Source: Acidimicrobiia bacterium (lineage in GTDB: Bacteria > Actinomycetota > Acidimicrobiia > Acidimicrobiales > Aldehydirespiratoraceae). Taken from it: a stretch of DNA of 64,000 nt. Below the pieces are notes generated by a model. That model saw nothing but the letters and a program-made list of their open reading frames with translations, did no database searches and was not told where the DNA came from. Within the stretch, counting starts at the first letter, position 1; each line of letters begins with the position of its first letter. Location: the NCBI GenBank assembly GCA_021296315.1, contig JAGWAO010000007.1, positions 13,737 through 77,736 of the forward strand, in the 5' to 3' direction. Position numbers and translations under genes: made by a program. Below, piece by piece: positions 9,404-18,427 of the stretch.

Positions 9404-10351
9404 ATGACTAATCCGTTCCGCTTCGGCGTCGAGATGAAGACACCGCTGCCCGGCCTGACGTGGGCACAGTCGGCGCAGAAGTTGGAGGACCTCGGCTACT
9501 CCACGTTGGTCGTGCCCGACCACTTCGATGACCAGTACGCAGTGGGCCCGGCCCTGGCCGCCGCGGCCGCGGCCACCACCACCCTGAGGCTCAGCGCCCT
9601 GGTGTACGGCAACGACTACCGCCATCCGGTGCTGGTGGCCAAGGAGGTGGCCACCCTCGACATCCTGTCCGGCGGCCGGATGGACCTGGGCCTCGGCGCG
9701 GGCTGGAAGCGCGTCGACTACGAAGAGGCCGGACTGCCCTACGACCGGCCGGGAGTGCGCATCGACCGCATGGTCGAGTCCCTGCAGATCATCAAGGGCC
9801 TGCTGGCGGAGGGCCCGGTCACCTTCGAGGGCGAGCACTACACCATCCGCGGCCTCGACGGCCTGCCCAAGCCGGTGCAGTCACCGGTTCCGGTGGTGAT
9901 CGGCGGGGGCGGACGCCGGATGCTGAGCCTGGCTGCCCGCCATGCCGACATCGTGGGCGTGAACGCCAACCTGCGCTCCGGCGAGATCGGGCTCGACGCC
10001 ATGAACGACGTGCTCGGCGCCGACCGATTCGACCTCAAGCTCGAATGGGTGCGCGACGCAGCCGGCGACCGATTCGACCAGCTGGAGCTCAACGTGCTGC
10101 TGGCGTCGACGCAGATCACCGGGGGCGGCCGCGCCACCACGGAAGCCCTGGAAGCAACCGCGGGGATGTTCAGCCTGCCCGGCGAGACGGTCGGCGAGGT
10201 CCCGATGCTGCTGATCGGCTCGCCGACCGAGATTGCCGACACCCTTCGCCGCCGGCGAGAGCGGTGGGGCTTCACTTACATGGTCCTGCAGGGCGACAAC
10301 AGCGATCTCGCCGGTTTCGCGGCGGTGATCTCGGAGTTGGACGGGGAGTAG
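9404..10351 (+). CDS. LLM-class (luciferase-like) F420-dependent oxidoreductase
   Basis: The translation starts MTNPFRFGVEM and contains DLGLGAGW and a TIM-barrel LLM pattern. The upstream 460 codons of the 777-aa track ORF are an antisense shadow of lhr. Confidence 0.75.
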   Translation: MTNPFRFGVEMKTPLPGLTWAQSAQKLEDLGYSTLVVPDHFDDQYAVGPALAAAAAATTTLRLSALVYGNDYRHPVLVAKEVATLDILSGGRMDLGLGAGWKRVDYEEAGLPYDRPGVRIDRMVESLQIIKGLLAEGPVTFEGEHYTIRGLDGLPKPVQSPVPVVIGGGGRRMLSLAARHADIVGVNANLRSGEIGLDAMNDVLGADRFDLKLEWVRDAAGDRFDQLELNVLLASTQITGGGRATTEALEATAGMFSLPGETVGEVPMLLIGSPTEIADTLRRRRERWGFTYMVLQGDNSDLAGFAAVISELDGE

Positions 10352-10386
10352 CCGCGAGCGGCCTCACCCGCGAATATGGTTGTGCC

Positions 10387-11088
10387 ATGACGTCGACGCC
10401 GACCGACACGAAGCCGTACGAGTCGCCCGAATGGCACCCGGCCTTCGAGGAGTACTGCGAGACGATCTTCGAGTTGGCCGAGGACGACCTGGACGTGATC
10501 CAGGCCCGCATCGCCGACCGTCTGGAGATCTCCCGTCCCGCGGTGTCGGAGATGATCCGGCGGATGCAGGCCGAGGGCCTCGTCGAGGAGGGCAGGGGCA
10601 CCATCACGCTCACCGCAAGGGGACACTCCCTGGCCGAGACGGTGGTGCGCCGACACCGCCTGGCCGAGTGCTTCCTCACCGACATCCTGGGGCTCTCGTG
10701 GGCCGAGGCCCACCAGGAGGCGGGCAAATGGGAACACATCATCTCTCCGTCGGTGGAGAAGGCCATGATCCGGGTGCTGGAGGAGCCCACCACCTGCCCC
10801 CACGGCAACCCCATACCCGGATCCGGCTACGAGGCGCCCGAGATGGTGACCCTCGACACCCTGGGGGTGGGACGGGGGTTCACCGTGCAGCGCATTCCCG
10901 AGGAGTTGGAGTTCCAGCCGGGGATGCTCGAGTTCCTGGAGGAGGCCAGGGTGACGCCGGGTTCGACGGGCAGGGTCACAGCCCGCTCCCCCGACGGCAC
11001 CTTCACTCTCGACGTCGAGGGTGGCCCGGTGGGTCTGAGCGACTACGCCACCTCGCGCATCCTCGTCACCGCCACGGCCGCCGGCTGA
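10387..11088 (+). CDS. DtxR/IdeR/MntR-family metal-dependent transcriptional regulator with C-terminal FeoA/SH3-like domain
   Basis: The translation shows EEYCETIFEL, RIADRLEISRPAVSEMIRRMQAEGLV, RRHRLAECFLTDILG and CPHGNPIP. Confidence 0.85.
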   Translation: MTSTPTDTKPYESPEWHPAFEEYCETIFELAEDDLDVIQARIADRLEISRPAVSEMIRRMQAEGLVEEGRGTITLTARGHSLAETVVRRHRLAECFLTDILGLSWAEAHQEAGKWEHIISPSVEKAMIRVLEEPTTCPHGNPIPGSGYEAPEMVTLDTLGVGRGFTVQRIPEELEFQPGMLEFLEEARVTPGSTGRVTARSPDGTFTLDVEGGPVGLSDYATSRILVTATAAG

Positions 11089-11172
11089 GTAGAAACCTCC
11101 CGCGCCCACAGCCATGTCGCGCCTCGCCGCGGGTCGCGCCCGCCTTGGGCACGGGCTCGGGCCATGTGGTAC

Positions 11173-11187
11173 TTTGATGTGATCAAA
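11173..11187. promoter_or_regulatory. Perfect palindrome TTTGATgtgATCAAA (candidate operator)
   Basis: The site lies 62 nt upstream of the SBP ATG. The same half-sites recur at 20602-20616. Confidence 0.55.
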
Positions 11188-11248
11188 CTACGAGTTCTCG
11201 GCAGAGGCCCTCGCGGGCGCGCCGAGACCGGCACCCAGGAGGGTCCAC

Positions 11249-12373
11249 ATGGCACCAAACCAGTTCTCACGACGCAGATTCATCGGGCGCACCGCCGCTG
11301 GGGCGGGATTGATCCTCGGGGGTGGACACATCCTGACAGCCTGCGGCGACGACGAGGCCGCGGCGCCCGCGACAACCACCGCCGCGCCGACAACCACCGC
11401 CGCGCCGACAGCCACCGCCGCGCCGACGACCACCGCCGCGCCGACGACCACCGCCGCGCCGACGACCACCGCGGCCCCCGAACTCGCTGAAGCGAACTTC
11501 CAGCTGAGCTGGTTCGACTCCGTACAGTTCGGCGGCTCCTACATCGCCCACCAGAGGGGCTACTACGAGCGCTTCGGCCTTGACGTATCGCTCGTGCCCG
11601 GCGGACCTGGCGTGTCCCCGGACGCCGCGGTGGCCGCGGACCAGGCCCTGGTGGGCATCTCGGCTGCGAACTTCACGGGCCAGTCCGTGGCGGACGGCGC
11701 ACCGTTCAAGATCGTGGGCGTGGCCATGCAGAAGAACCCGTTCGTGATCGCCTCGCTGTCGGACAACCCGATCAACGAGCCCAAGGATCTGGAGGGCACG
11801 AAGCTCGGCATGGCCTTCAACAATCAACTCGACCTCGACGACATCAGCAAGATCGAAGTGATCACCAGCGACTACGACCCGGCACCGCTGGTCAACGGCG
11901 AGGTTGATTCGCTGCTGTGCTGGCTCACAGATCTTCCGGTGGCCATGACCGTCCAGGGAATCGACAACACCACCATGCTCTTCGCCGACTTCGGCTACGC
12001 GGTGCACAGCCAGACTCTGATATGCACTGAGGACTCGCTTGCCAACAAGCGCGACCAGGTGCTCGGGCTGCTCCGAGGCGACATCCTGGGCTGGCAGGAG
12101 TACCGGACCGACACCGATGCGGCCGCCCAGTTGACCGTCGACCTGTTCCCGGACGCCGGCTTCGACTTGGAGGCGCAGAAGCTGCAGGCATCGGAGCAGC
12201 TGAAGATCATGTTCAGCGCGGACACCGACGAGCACGGCTTCCTGTGGTTCACCGACGAGTCCGTCCAGGACAACATCCGCACCCTGGCCGCGCTCGGCGT
12301 GGACGTGACGGCAGACCTGTGGGACCGGTCCCTGCTGGAGGAGATCTACGCCGACGGCCCGGTCCTGACGTGA
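11249..12373 (+). CDS. ABC transporter substrate-binding lipoprotein, NMT1/THI5-like (NitT/TauT family)
   Basis: A twin-arginine-like signal SRRRFIG is followed by the lipobox LTAC, then a (TTAAP)n linker and an NMT1/THI5-like periplasmic binding fold pattern. Confidence 0.75.
   Translation: MAPNQFSRRRFIGRTAAGAGLILGGGHILTACGDDEAAAPATTTAAPTTTAAPTATAAPTTTAAPTTTAAPTTTAAPELAEANFQLSWFDSVQFGGSYIAHQRGYYERFGLDVSLVPGGPGVSPDAAVAADQALVGISAANFTGQSVADGAPFKIVGVAMQKNPFVIASLSDNPINEPKDLEGTKLGMAFNNQLDLDDISKIEVITSDYDPAPLVNGEVDSLLCWLTDLPVAMTVQGIDNTTMLFADFGYAVHSQTLICTEDSLANKRDQVLGLLRGDILGWQEYRTDTDAAAQLTVDLFPDAGFDLEAQKLQASEQLKIMFSADTDEHGFLWFTDESVQDNIRTLAALGVDVTADLWDRSLLEEIYADGPVLT
11371..11478 (+). repeat. Six tandem 18-bp units (gac[a/g][a/g]ccaccgccgcgcc) encoding a (PTTTAA)n linker
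   Basis: This is a direct in-frame tandem repeat inside the SBP gene, immediately after the lipobox. Confidence 0.9.
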
Positions 12374-12404
12374 CGGAGCGCAATCACAGTCTCAGCCGTC
12401 GAGA

Positions 12405-13211
12405 GTGATGGCCCGGCGGGGAGCGCCGGTAGACGTCGTCGGGGTCGGACGCACGTTCGCCCTCGGTGGCGGCGAGGTGGAAGCCCTTCGCGGGTTCGAC
12501 ATGCATGTCCCCGCAGGCGGCTTCAACGCGCTGATCGGACCGTCGGGGTGTGGCAAGTCCACGGCGTTGCGCCTGGTGGCCGGGTTGGACGTGCCAGACG
12601 AGGGGACCATCGACATGGACGGTGCCTCCCCCGACCAGATGCGGCGGGGTCGCCGAATCGGCGTCGCCTTCCAAGACCCGTCGCTGCTGCCGTGGCGGAC
12701 GGTCTCGACGAACATCCGGCTCGCGCTGGAGCTCGTGGGCCGGCGCCACGACACCGCAGCCGTCAGCGACTTGATCGAACTGGTCGGCCTGCAGGGGTTT
12801 GAGAAGGCCCGGCCCGCGCAACTCTCGGGAGGCATGCGCCAGCGCGTCGCCATCGCTCGCTCGCTCGTTACCGAGCCCGACCTGCTACTGCTCGACGAGC
12901 CCTTCGGGGCCCTCGACGCCCTCACGCGCCAGCAGCTCAACGACGAGCTCCAGCGCATCTGGACGGCCCGCGGGACTACCACCATCCTGGTGACCCACTC
13001 GATCCCCGAAGCGGTCTACGTCGCCGACGAGGTCCTGGTCATGTCGCCCCGACCGGGCCGGGTAGTGGCCCACCACGCCATCGATTTCGAGCGGCCCCGA
13101 ACCAGGGAGTTGCTTCTCACCGACGAGTTCCATGCCAAAGTGGAGGCGGTCTCAGGCAGCCTGCACCGCTCCGAGGGGCAGGTCGTTCGGCTCGAGGCAG
13201 ACGACAGTTGA
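12405..13211 (+). CDS. ABC transporter ATP-binding protein (NitT/TauT family)
   Basis: The translation shows GPSGCGKST (Walker A), LSGGMRQR (signature) and LLLDEPFGALD (Walker B). The start is GTG 12405 or ATG 12408. Confidence 0.9.
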   Translation: MMARRGAPVDVVGVGRTFALGGGEVEALRGFDMHVPAGGFNALIGPSGCGKSTALRLVAGLDVPDEGTIDMDGASPDQMRRGRRIGVAFQDPSLLPWRTVSTNIRLALELVGRRHDTAAVSDLIELVGLQGFEKARPAQLSGGMRQRVAIARSLVTEPDLLLLDEPFGALDALTRQQLNDELQRIWTARGTTTILVTHSIPEAVYVADEVLVMSPRPGRVVAHHAIDFERPRTRELLLTDEFHAKVEAVSGSLHRSEGQVVRLEADDS

Positions 13212-14827
13212 TCGCCCCTGCCCGAACTCGCAGCACGGCCACGACCAGCCAGGCCGCCACCGGGATGGACCGGGTGCCGCCGCGGGTTCTCAGCGCGGCC
13301 GTAGGGCTGATCGTGCTCGCGCTGTGGGAGTTGCTGGCCCGAACGGTGTACGCGGGGTCGTACCGGCTGTCGCCGCCCACCGCGGTGGTGGTCGACTTCT
13401 TCGAGTTCCGCGACCTCTACCTGCGTAACCTGTGGCACTCAACGAAGACTGCGGCTTGGGGTTTCCTCTGGGGGAATCTGGCGGCAATAGCCCTGGCTGG
13501 AGTGGCGTCAATCATTCCAGTGTTGCGTCGCAGCATCGGGGCAATCGCGCTCACCATTTTCTGCCTGCCGTTCATCGCGGTGGCCCCGATCCTGCGGCTG
13601 ATCACCGGTCCGGGCAACGGAACCCCGATCGCACTGTCGGCGCTGGCGGTGGTCTTCACGACTTACGTGGCCGCGCTGCTCGGCTTCGACCTGGCACCCG
13701 GGAGCGCCTTGGACGTGGTCCGCTCCTACGGCAGGGGCCGGTTCGCGGCCTTCCGCCGGGTCAGGCTCAGAGCATCGGTGCCAGCGATGATCGCCGGCCT
13801 GCAGATCGCCGCGCCGGCCGCCTTCCTGGGCGCGGTGGTAGGCGAGTTCACCGGGGCGCGCAGCGGCCTGGGGATACTCACGGTCAGGGCTCTGGGCTCG
13901 CTGAACACCGACCGCATCTGGGTGATCGCACTGCTGTCCACGATCGTCGCCACCGGCGGCTACATGGCCATCGGCGCGCTGGGCCGGTACCTGTGCCCGT
14001 GGTCCCCCGCGCTGGACCTGGGGGCCGTCCCGACACCCCGCCAGGAGCCGGGTCTGGTCAACCGGCTGGTCGCGCTGCTGGCGCCGATCCTTGTCGTGTT
14101 CGTGTTCTGGTACGCCTTCTTGTGGGTGTTCCAGATCAAGCCCTTCTTCGCCAAGACGCCCTTCGACGTGTGGGCGGAGCTGTTCACCAACGCCGACGCG
14201 GCTGAGACCCGCTCGTCGGTGTTCGGCGCTCTAGGCACCACGCTGTGGACTACTTCGCTCGGCTATGTGGCCGGACTGGTTGGCGCGATGGTGACCGCCG
14301 TGGTGTTCATCCTGGTCCCCTGGTTGGAACGATCCCTGATGCCGCTCGCCGTCGCTCTGCGGTCGATCCCCATCATCGTCACCACGCCGGTGATCATCCT
14401 GTTCGTCGGGCGGGGCCTGCTCACCACCACCGCCATCGTGGCGGTCATGTCGTTCTTCCCAACCCTGGTGAACTGTTATGCGGCCATGCGCCGCACCCCC
14501 GAGGGGATCCTCGATGTGCTCAAGTCCTACGACGCCCGGTCGGTGGCCAATGTGCGCAACGCCTACCTGCCGTCGGCGGTTCCGGCCCTTCTTGCTTCGG
14601 CCCGCATAGCGGTACCCACCTCGCTGCTCGGCGCCACGGTGGCCGAGTGGCTGGCCACCGGCGACGGGATAGGGGCGGTCATGGTCATCGCGTTCACCCG
14701 TAACGACTACAACGTGCTGTGGGTGTCGGTAGCGGTGCTGACGCTGGTGGCGGTAGTCGGATACTGGCTGGTGGCGGCAGTCGAGCTTCGTGCGCTCGAG
14801 CGCATGGCTCCGGGGGTGTCGCGATGA
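13208..14827 (+). CDS. ABC transporter permease, fused tandem (two permease domains in one polypeptide)
   Basis: The 539-aa protein has two homologous halves, each ending in an EF/EW-TG...G.G motif region. TTG 13208 overlaps the upstream stop (TTGA); an alternative start is ATG 13265. Confidence 0.8.
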   Translation: MIAPARTRSTATTSQAATGMDRVPPRVLSAAVGLIVLALWELLARTVYAGSYRLSPPTAVVVDFFEFRDLYLRNLWHSTKTAAWGFLWGNLAAIALAGVASIIPVLRRSIGAIALTIFCLPFIAVAPILRLITGPGNGTPIALSALAVVFTTYVAALLGFDLAPGSALDVVRSYGRGRFAAFRRVRLRASVPAMIAGLQIAAPAAFLGAVVGEFTGARSGLGILTVRALGSLNTDRIWVIALLSTIVATGGYMAIGALGRYLCPWSPALDLGAVPTPRQEPGLVNRLVALLAPILVVFVFWYAFLWVFQIKPFFAKTPFDVWAELFTNADAAETRSSVFGALGTTLWTTSLGYVAGLVGAMVTAVVFILVPWLERSLMPLAVALRSIPIIVTTPVIILFVGRGLLTTTAIVAVMSFFPTLVNCYAAMRRTPEGILDVLKSYDARSVANVRNAYLPSAVPALLASARIAVPTSLLGATVAEWLATGDGIGAVMVIAFTRNDYNVLWVSVAVLTLVAVVGYWLVAAVELRALERMAPGVSR

Positions 14828-15417
14828 CCGTCGCAGCCGCCAGTTCATCCGACGGCACCGGCTTGGCGCGGCCGGCTGCTCAAGCAGCGGTGCTGGCCCG
14901 CTACGACGAGCTGGGCACTCTGCTTGCGGGAATGGACGACCGGCCGCGGGCCGACCCCGGCCTGTCCGCTGAGGCCGCGCCCGTTCTGTTGCACGAGGCC
15001 CGGCTGCTGGACGCCGGACGCTTCGAGGACTGGCTGGCCGGCTGGACCGACGACGCGGTGCTGTGGTTGCCGCTGTCGGCGCCGGCGCATCCCGGCACCG
15101 ATCAGTCCCTCCTGCTGGACGACAATCGCCGGCTGGCCGAGCGCGTTGAATGGCGCCGCGACCCGTCGGCGTGGGGCCAGCACCCCCCGTCGCGCACCAC
15201 TCGCGTGGTCGGGAGCATCGAGGCCTGGCCCGCGCCGGGCGGCGGCCTGGTGACTCGGTCCACGCTGCTCGTCGACGAATTCCGCCACGGCCGTCACCAG
15301 GCGCTCGCCGGCTACCAGATCCACGAACTGGTCGGCGGCGACCTTGAGCGCCGCACCAAGATCCTCGTCATGCCCGCGCTGGGCACCGGCGTTCGCAATC
15401 CAAGCTTCCTGCTCTAG
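14824..15417 (+). CDS. Aromatic-ring-hydroxylating dioxygenase beta subunit (NTF2/SnoaL-like)
   Basis: LHEARLLDAGRFEDWLAGWTDDAVLWLP is a typical beta-subunit pattern. The start forms an ATGA overlap with the permease stop. Confidence 0.75.
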   Translation: MTVAAASSSDGTGLARPAAQAAVLARYDELGTLLAGMDDRPRADPGLSAEAAPVLLHEARLLDAGRFEDWLAGWTDDAVLWLPLSAPAHPGTDQSLLLDDNRRLAERVEWRRDPSAWGQHPPSRTTRVVGSIEAWPAPGGGLVTRSTLLVDEFRHGRHQALAGYQIHELVGGDLERRTKILVMPALGTGVRNPSFLL

Positions 15418-15427
15418 GGGTACCGCC

Positions 15428-16708
15428 GTGACCACCGTCTCCTTCGATCCGGCATCCGCCGACTTCGGCCAACTGGTGCAGCCCCACCGGGTGCACCGCC
15501 GCATCTATACCGACCCGCAGATATTCGATCTGGAGATGACCAGGGTGTTCGCCGCGTCGTGGTGCTACGTCGGCCACGAGAGCGAGATTCCCGAAGCGGG
15601 CGACTATCGCGCCACCACGCTGGGTCGCCGGCCCGTGCTGATGACCCGGGACCGCGACGGCTCAGTGAACGTCCTCCTCAACCGGTGCACGCACCGCGGC
15701 ACCGTGCTGGCCGTTGAGGCCGGCGGCTGTGCCAAGCGCTTCGTGTGCCCCTACCACGGCTGGACCTTCGCACCCGACGGACAGTTGTTGGCCATCCCGT
15801 TCCCTGCCGACCACCCGGTGGAGGACTACTCGACGCTCTCGCTGGGCCGGCTCGCGACGGCCAGCTACCGGGGCTTCGTGTTCGCCACTCTCAACGCAGA
15901 TCCTGAGCCACTGGAGTGCTGGCTGGGCGAGGCTCGTGACGCCTTCGACACGATCGTCGACCGCCATCCCGGTGGCAGCATCGCGGTGATGGGGTCCCCC
16001 CAACTCCTGGAGTTCGTCGGCAACTGGAAGCTCTCGTGGGACAACGCCGCCGACGGCCTGCATGCGACCTTCGCCCACGAGTCGTACAACACGCTGGGCG
16101 AGAAGGTGGACACCGAGACGGTCCTGGCCCGCGACCCAGGGTCCACGCCGATGGTGTCCAAGGCGCTGCGAAACGGCCACATGGTGGTGGACCAGCGGCC
16201 GGGCATCCCTCAAGGACCGTGGGAAACGATGCGCAAGGTGCCGTTCCGCGAGCCGATGGAGTACGCACTGGTGAACGCGGGCCATGCGGGCCTGCTCAAC
16301 CTCGCCACCGGGAGCATGGTGAACCTGTCGCTGTTCCCGAACCTGCTCTTCGTGGGCAACCAGTTGCTGGTGATCGAGCCGGTGGCCGTGGACCGGACCA
16401 GGCTTCAGTTGTGGCTCACGTCCGCGCCGGACGCCCCGGGCGAGATCGATCTGCTGCGCCTGCGGGTGGACGAGGACTTCGTGAACTTCGGCACTCCCGA
16501 CGACCTGGACATGTTCGAGCGGGTGCAGCGAGGCCTGTCCATCCCGGAGATGGAGTGGATCGACATGAGCCGGGGACTCCCCGATGGCAGTGTCGACGGC
16601 GACGGCAGCACGATCTACGGTCCGATCACCTCCGAAGCACCCCAGCGCCGCTATCTCGCCCACTACACGACGCTGATGACCACTCCGGCAGTGACGCGTG
16701 CCCGCTGA
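15428..16708 (+). CDS. Rieske non-heme iron oxygenase alpha subunit
   Basis: A Rieske motif CTHRG...CPYHGW is followed by a catalytic domain. A GTG start at 15428 was chosen; the upstream ORF part is Ser/Cys/Pro-rich. Confidence 0.85.
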   Translation: MTTVSFDPASADFGQLVQPHRVHRRIYTDPQIFDLEMTRVFAASWCYVGHESEIPEAGDYRATTLGRRPVLMTRDRDGSVNVLLNRCTHRGTVLAVEAGGCAKRFVCPYHGWTFAPDGQLLAIPFPADHPVEDYSTLSLGRLATASYRGFVFATLNADPEPLECWLGEARDAFDTIVDRHPGGSIAVMGSPQLLEFVGNWKLSWDNAADGLHATFAHESYNTLGEKVDTETVLARDPGSTPMVSKALRNGHMVVDQRPGIPQGPWETMRKVPFREPMEYALVNAGHAGLLNLATGSMVNLSLFPNLLFVGNQLLVIEPVAVDRTRLQLWLTSAPDAPGEIDLLRLRVDEDFVNFGTPDDLDMFERVQRGLSIPEMEWIDMSRGLPDGSVDGDGSTIYGPITSEAPQRRYLAHYTTLMTTPAVTRAR

Positions 16709-17516
16709 CTCGGGTCTCGAGTCGAGCACCGAGCGCCGAGCCGCCTTCAGCGAGCGGGGCGCGGTGGTGATACCAGGCTTGCTGGACCGCGACTGGTGCG
16801 AGCGGCTGCACGCGGCCATCGGGCGCTGCCAGGCCAGCCCCAGCCAGTTCTACGGGGTGCTGTCACCACCGGGCGAGCTCAAGGTGGACAGCGACCTGTT
16901 CCGCTGGTTCGACGACAGTGACATCGCCGAGGCGACCCACTCATCGAACCTGCCCGCGCTGGGAGCGGAGTTGTGCGGAGCCGATGCCGCGGTGCTGATC
17001 GAGGACCAGTGGTTCTGCTCGGAGCCCGGAGCGATCTCGCGCAGCCCCTGGCACCAGGACCATCCCTACTACAACCTCGACCGGCCCTTCGTCACCGTCT
17101 GGGTGACCCTCGACGACGTGACCGCCGACGCCGCGCTGCGGGTGGTGGAGGGCTCCCACGCCACCGGCATCACCTACGCGCCGATCGAGTTCTCGTCATC
17201 GATCGCCACCATCGGCGGCGGCTCCGAGCTGGAGCCGGTTCCCGACGTGGACGCAGACCCCGGCAGGTTCCCGGTCACCACCTGGAATCTGCAGGCCGGC
17301 GACGCGGTGGCCATCGACTCCCGGATGCTGCACTCCACCGGCATCCGGGAGGTGGCCGACCGACCCTTCAGGCGCCTGTCGACCCGCTACGCCCACCCCG
17401 ACACCCGCTATCTGGACCTCGGCGAGCAGGCCGCGGTGTTCTGGAAGAAGCTCCCCCACGGCCTGAGCACCGGCGACCCGGTGGCCGGTGAGGTCTTCCC
17501 CCTCATCCAGGCCTGA
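16698..17516 (+). CDS. Phytanoyl-CoA dioxygenase (PhyH)-family Fe(II)/2-oxoglutarate oxygenase
   Basis: The translation shows ERGAVVIPGLL, WHQDHPYY (HxD) and a distal His region. The gene overlaps the alpha-subunit stop by 11 nt. Confidence 0.7.
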   Translation: MPADSGLESSTERRAAFSERGAVVIPGLLDRDWCERLHAAIGRCQASPSQFYGVLSPPGELKVDSDLFRWFDDSDIAEATHSSNLPALGAELCGADAAVLIEDQWFCSEPGAISRSPWHQDHPYYNLDRPFVTVWVTLDDVTADAALRVVEGSHATGITYAPIEFSSSIATIGGGSELEPVPDVDADPGRFPVTTWNLQAGDAVAIDSRMLHSTGIREVADRPFRRLSTRYAHPDTRYLDLGEQAAVFWKKLPHGLSTGDPVAGEVFPLIQA

Positions 17517-17781
17517 CCCGCGGTCCTCGAAGCCGGATGGCGTCACCGCCCAAGAACCTCTCCAGTCGCACTATGTCGGAGTTCAACGCATGACAGACGA
17601 GGCGCAGGCACAGGTCATAGCGCGATTCGAGCAGCGACCAAGTGACGGTGCTCACCGAGGAGCTGGTCCGCGAGGACGGAGGATTCGAGGCCGACGTTCT
17701 GGCCGCGGCCAGCGCGTTGCAGGTGATGGGTCGGCAGCCCGACGCCTGTGGTGAGAGCGGCAGTGTTGATCTCTCCTCTGG

Positions 17782-18387
17782 CTAGCCGGGGGCGGAGACG
17801 TGGACGAAACGGGTGGTCTCGGCTCCGAGGTGGTGCCAGCGGTGGCGGGTGGCGGTGGAGTAGATCATGGTGTCGCCCGCGGCCAGGCGGTGGGTGACGA
17901 TGTGGCCGTCGCCGTCGTCGAGATCCACCGCGAACATGCCCTGGGTGACGTGGATCATCTCCCGGCCCTCCGAGGCGAAGAACCCGCCGAGCTGCGATCC
18001 CGGCTCGACCACGTACTCGGCCGCGCTGAAGGGCTCCTCCAGGCCGGTGAGCTGGCGGCGGAAGGCGGTCTGGGGCGCGTCGGTGATGTCGTAGCGCTGG
18101 CCCTCGCCGGATCCGGTCACCACTACGTCGGCCGACACCGGGCCGGCCAGCAGACGCTCGGGAGTGGTCTCGAGCACCCTGGCGATGGCGAACAGCGATG
18201 TCAGGCTCGGGGCCGCGAAGCTGGTCTCCACCTGGCTAAGGAACGGGACCGACAGGCCGGTCCGGTGGGCCACCTGGCTGAGGGTGAGGCCGAGCTGGTT
18301 GCGGCGGCTTCGCACCGCCTGTCCCAGCTCATCCAGGGCGCGGGTGTCGTGGTCGCGGCGGGGCTGGGGCTGGGCGGTGGCGGCCAT
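17782..18387 (-). CDS. XRE-family HTH transcriptional regulator with C-terminal cupin domain
   Basis: An HTH (LGLTLSQVAHRTGLSVPFLSQVETS) is followed by a cupin-like C-terminus (GDTMIYSTATRHRWH). Confidence 0.85.
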   Translation of the reverse strand: MAATAQPQPRRDHDTRALDELGQAVRSRRNQLGLTLSQVAHRTGLSVPFLSQVETSFAAPSLTSLFAIARVLETTPERLLAGPVSADVVVTGSGEGQRYDITDAPQTAFRRQLTGLEEPFSAAEYVVEPGSQLGGFFASEGREMIHVTQGMFAVDLDDGDGHIVTHRLAAGDTMIYSTATRHRWHHLGAETTRFVHVSAPG

Positions 18388-18427
18388 CGGTGCGAAGCTA
18401 CTGGCGAGGCATTCTCATGAAGGCCGG

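Noticed and set aside
11173-11187. I considered reading the palindrome as a DtxR/IdeR iron box because of the adjacent DtxR-family gene.
   Set aside because: It does not resemble the TTAGGTTAGSCTAACCTAA-type box. An identical site also sits in the promoter of the operon that encodes the HTH-cupin regulator. The binder is therefore left open.
11089-11248. I looked for a TPP (THI-box) riboswitch upstream of the THI5/NMT1-like binding protein.
   Set aside because: I could not see the conserved CUGAGA / ACCUGAUCUGGAUAAUGCCAGCG-type elements. The only notable element in the region is the TTTGAT-N3-ATCAAA palindrome.
11371-11478. I considered whether the tandem repeats here and at 53262-53405 are CRISPR arrays.
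   Set aside because: The first is an in-frame coding repeat with no spacers. The second has only two adjacent units and no unique spacers. No cas genes are present in the window.
17590-17785. A possible small gene or remnant in the 265-bp gap after the PhyH gene. It reads MTDEAQAQVIARFEQRPS.. in one frame and VTVLTEELVREDGGFEADVLAAASALQVMGRQPDACGESGSVDLSSG* in another.
   Set aside because: Neither piece is recognisable, both are under 60 aa, and joining them would require yet another frameshift. The evidence is too weak to call a feature.
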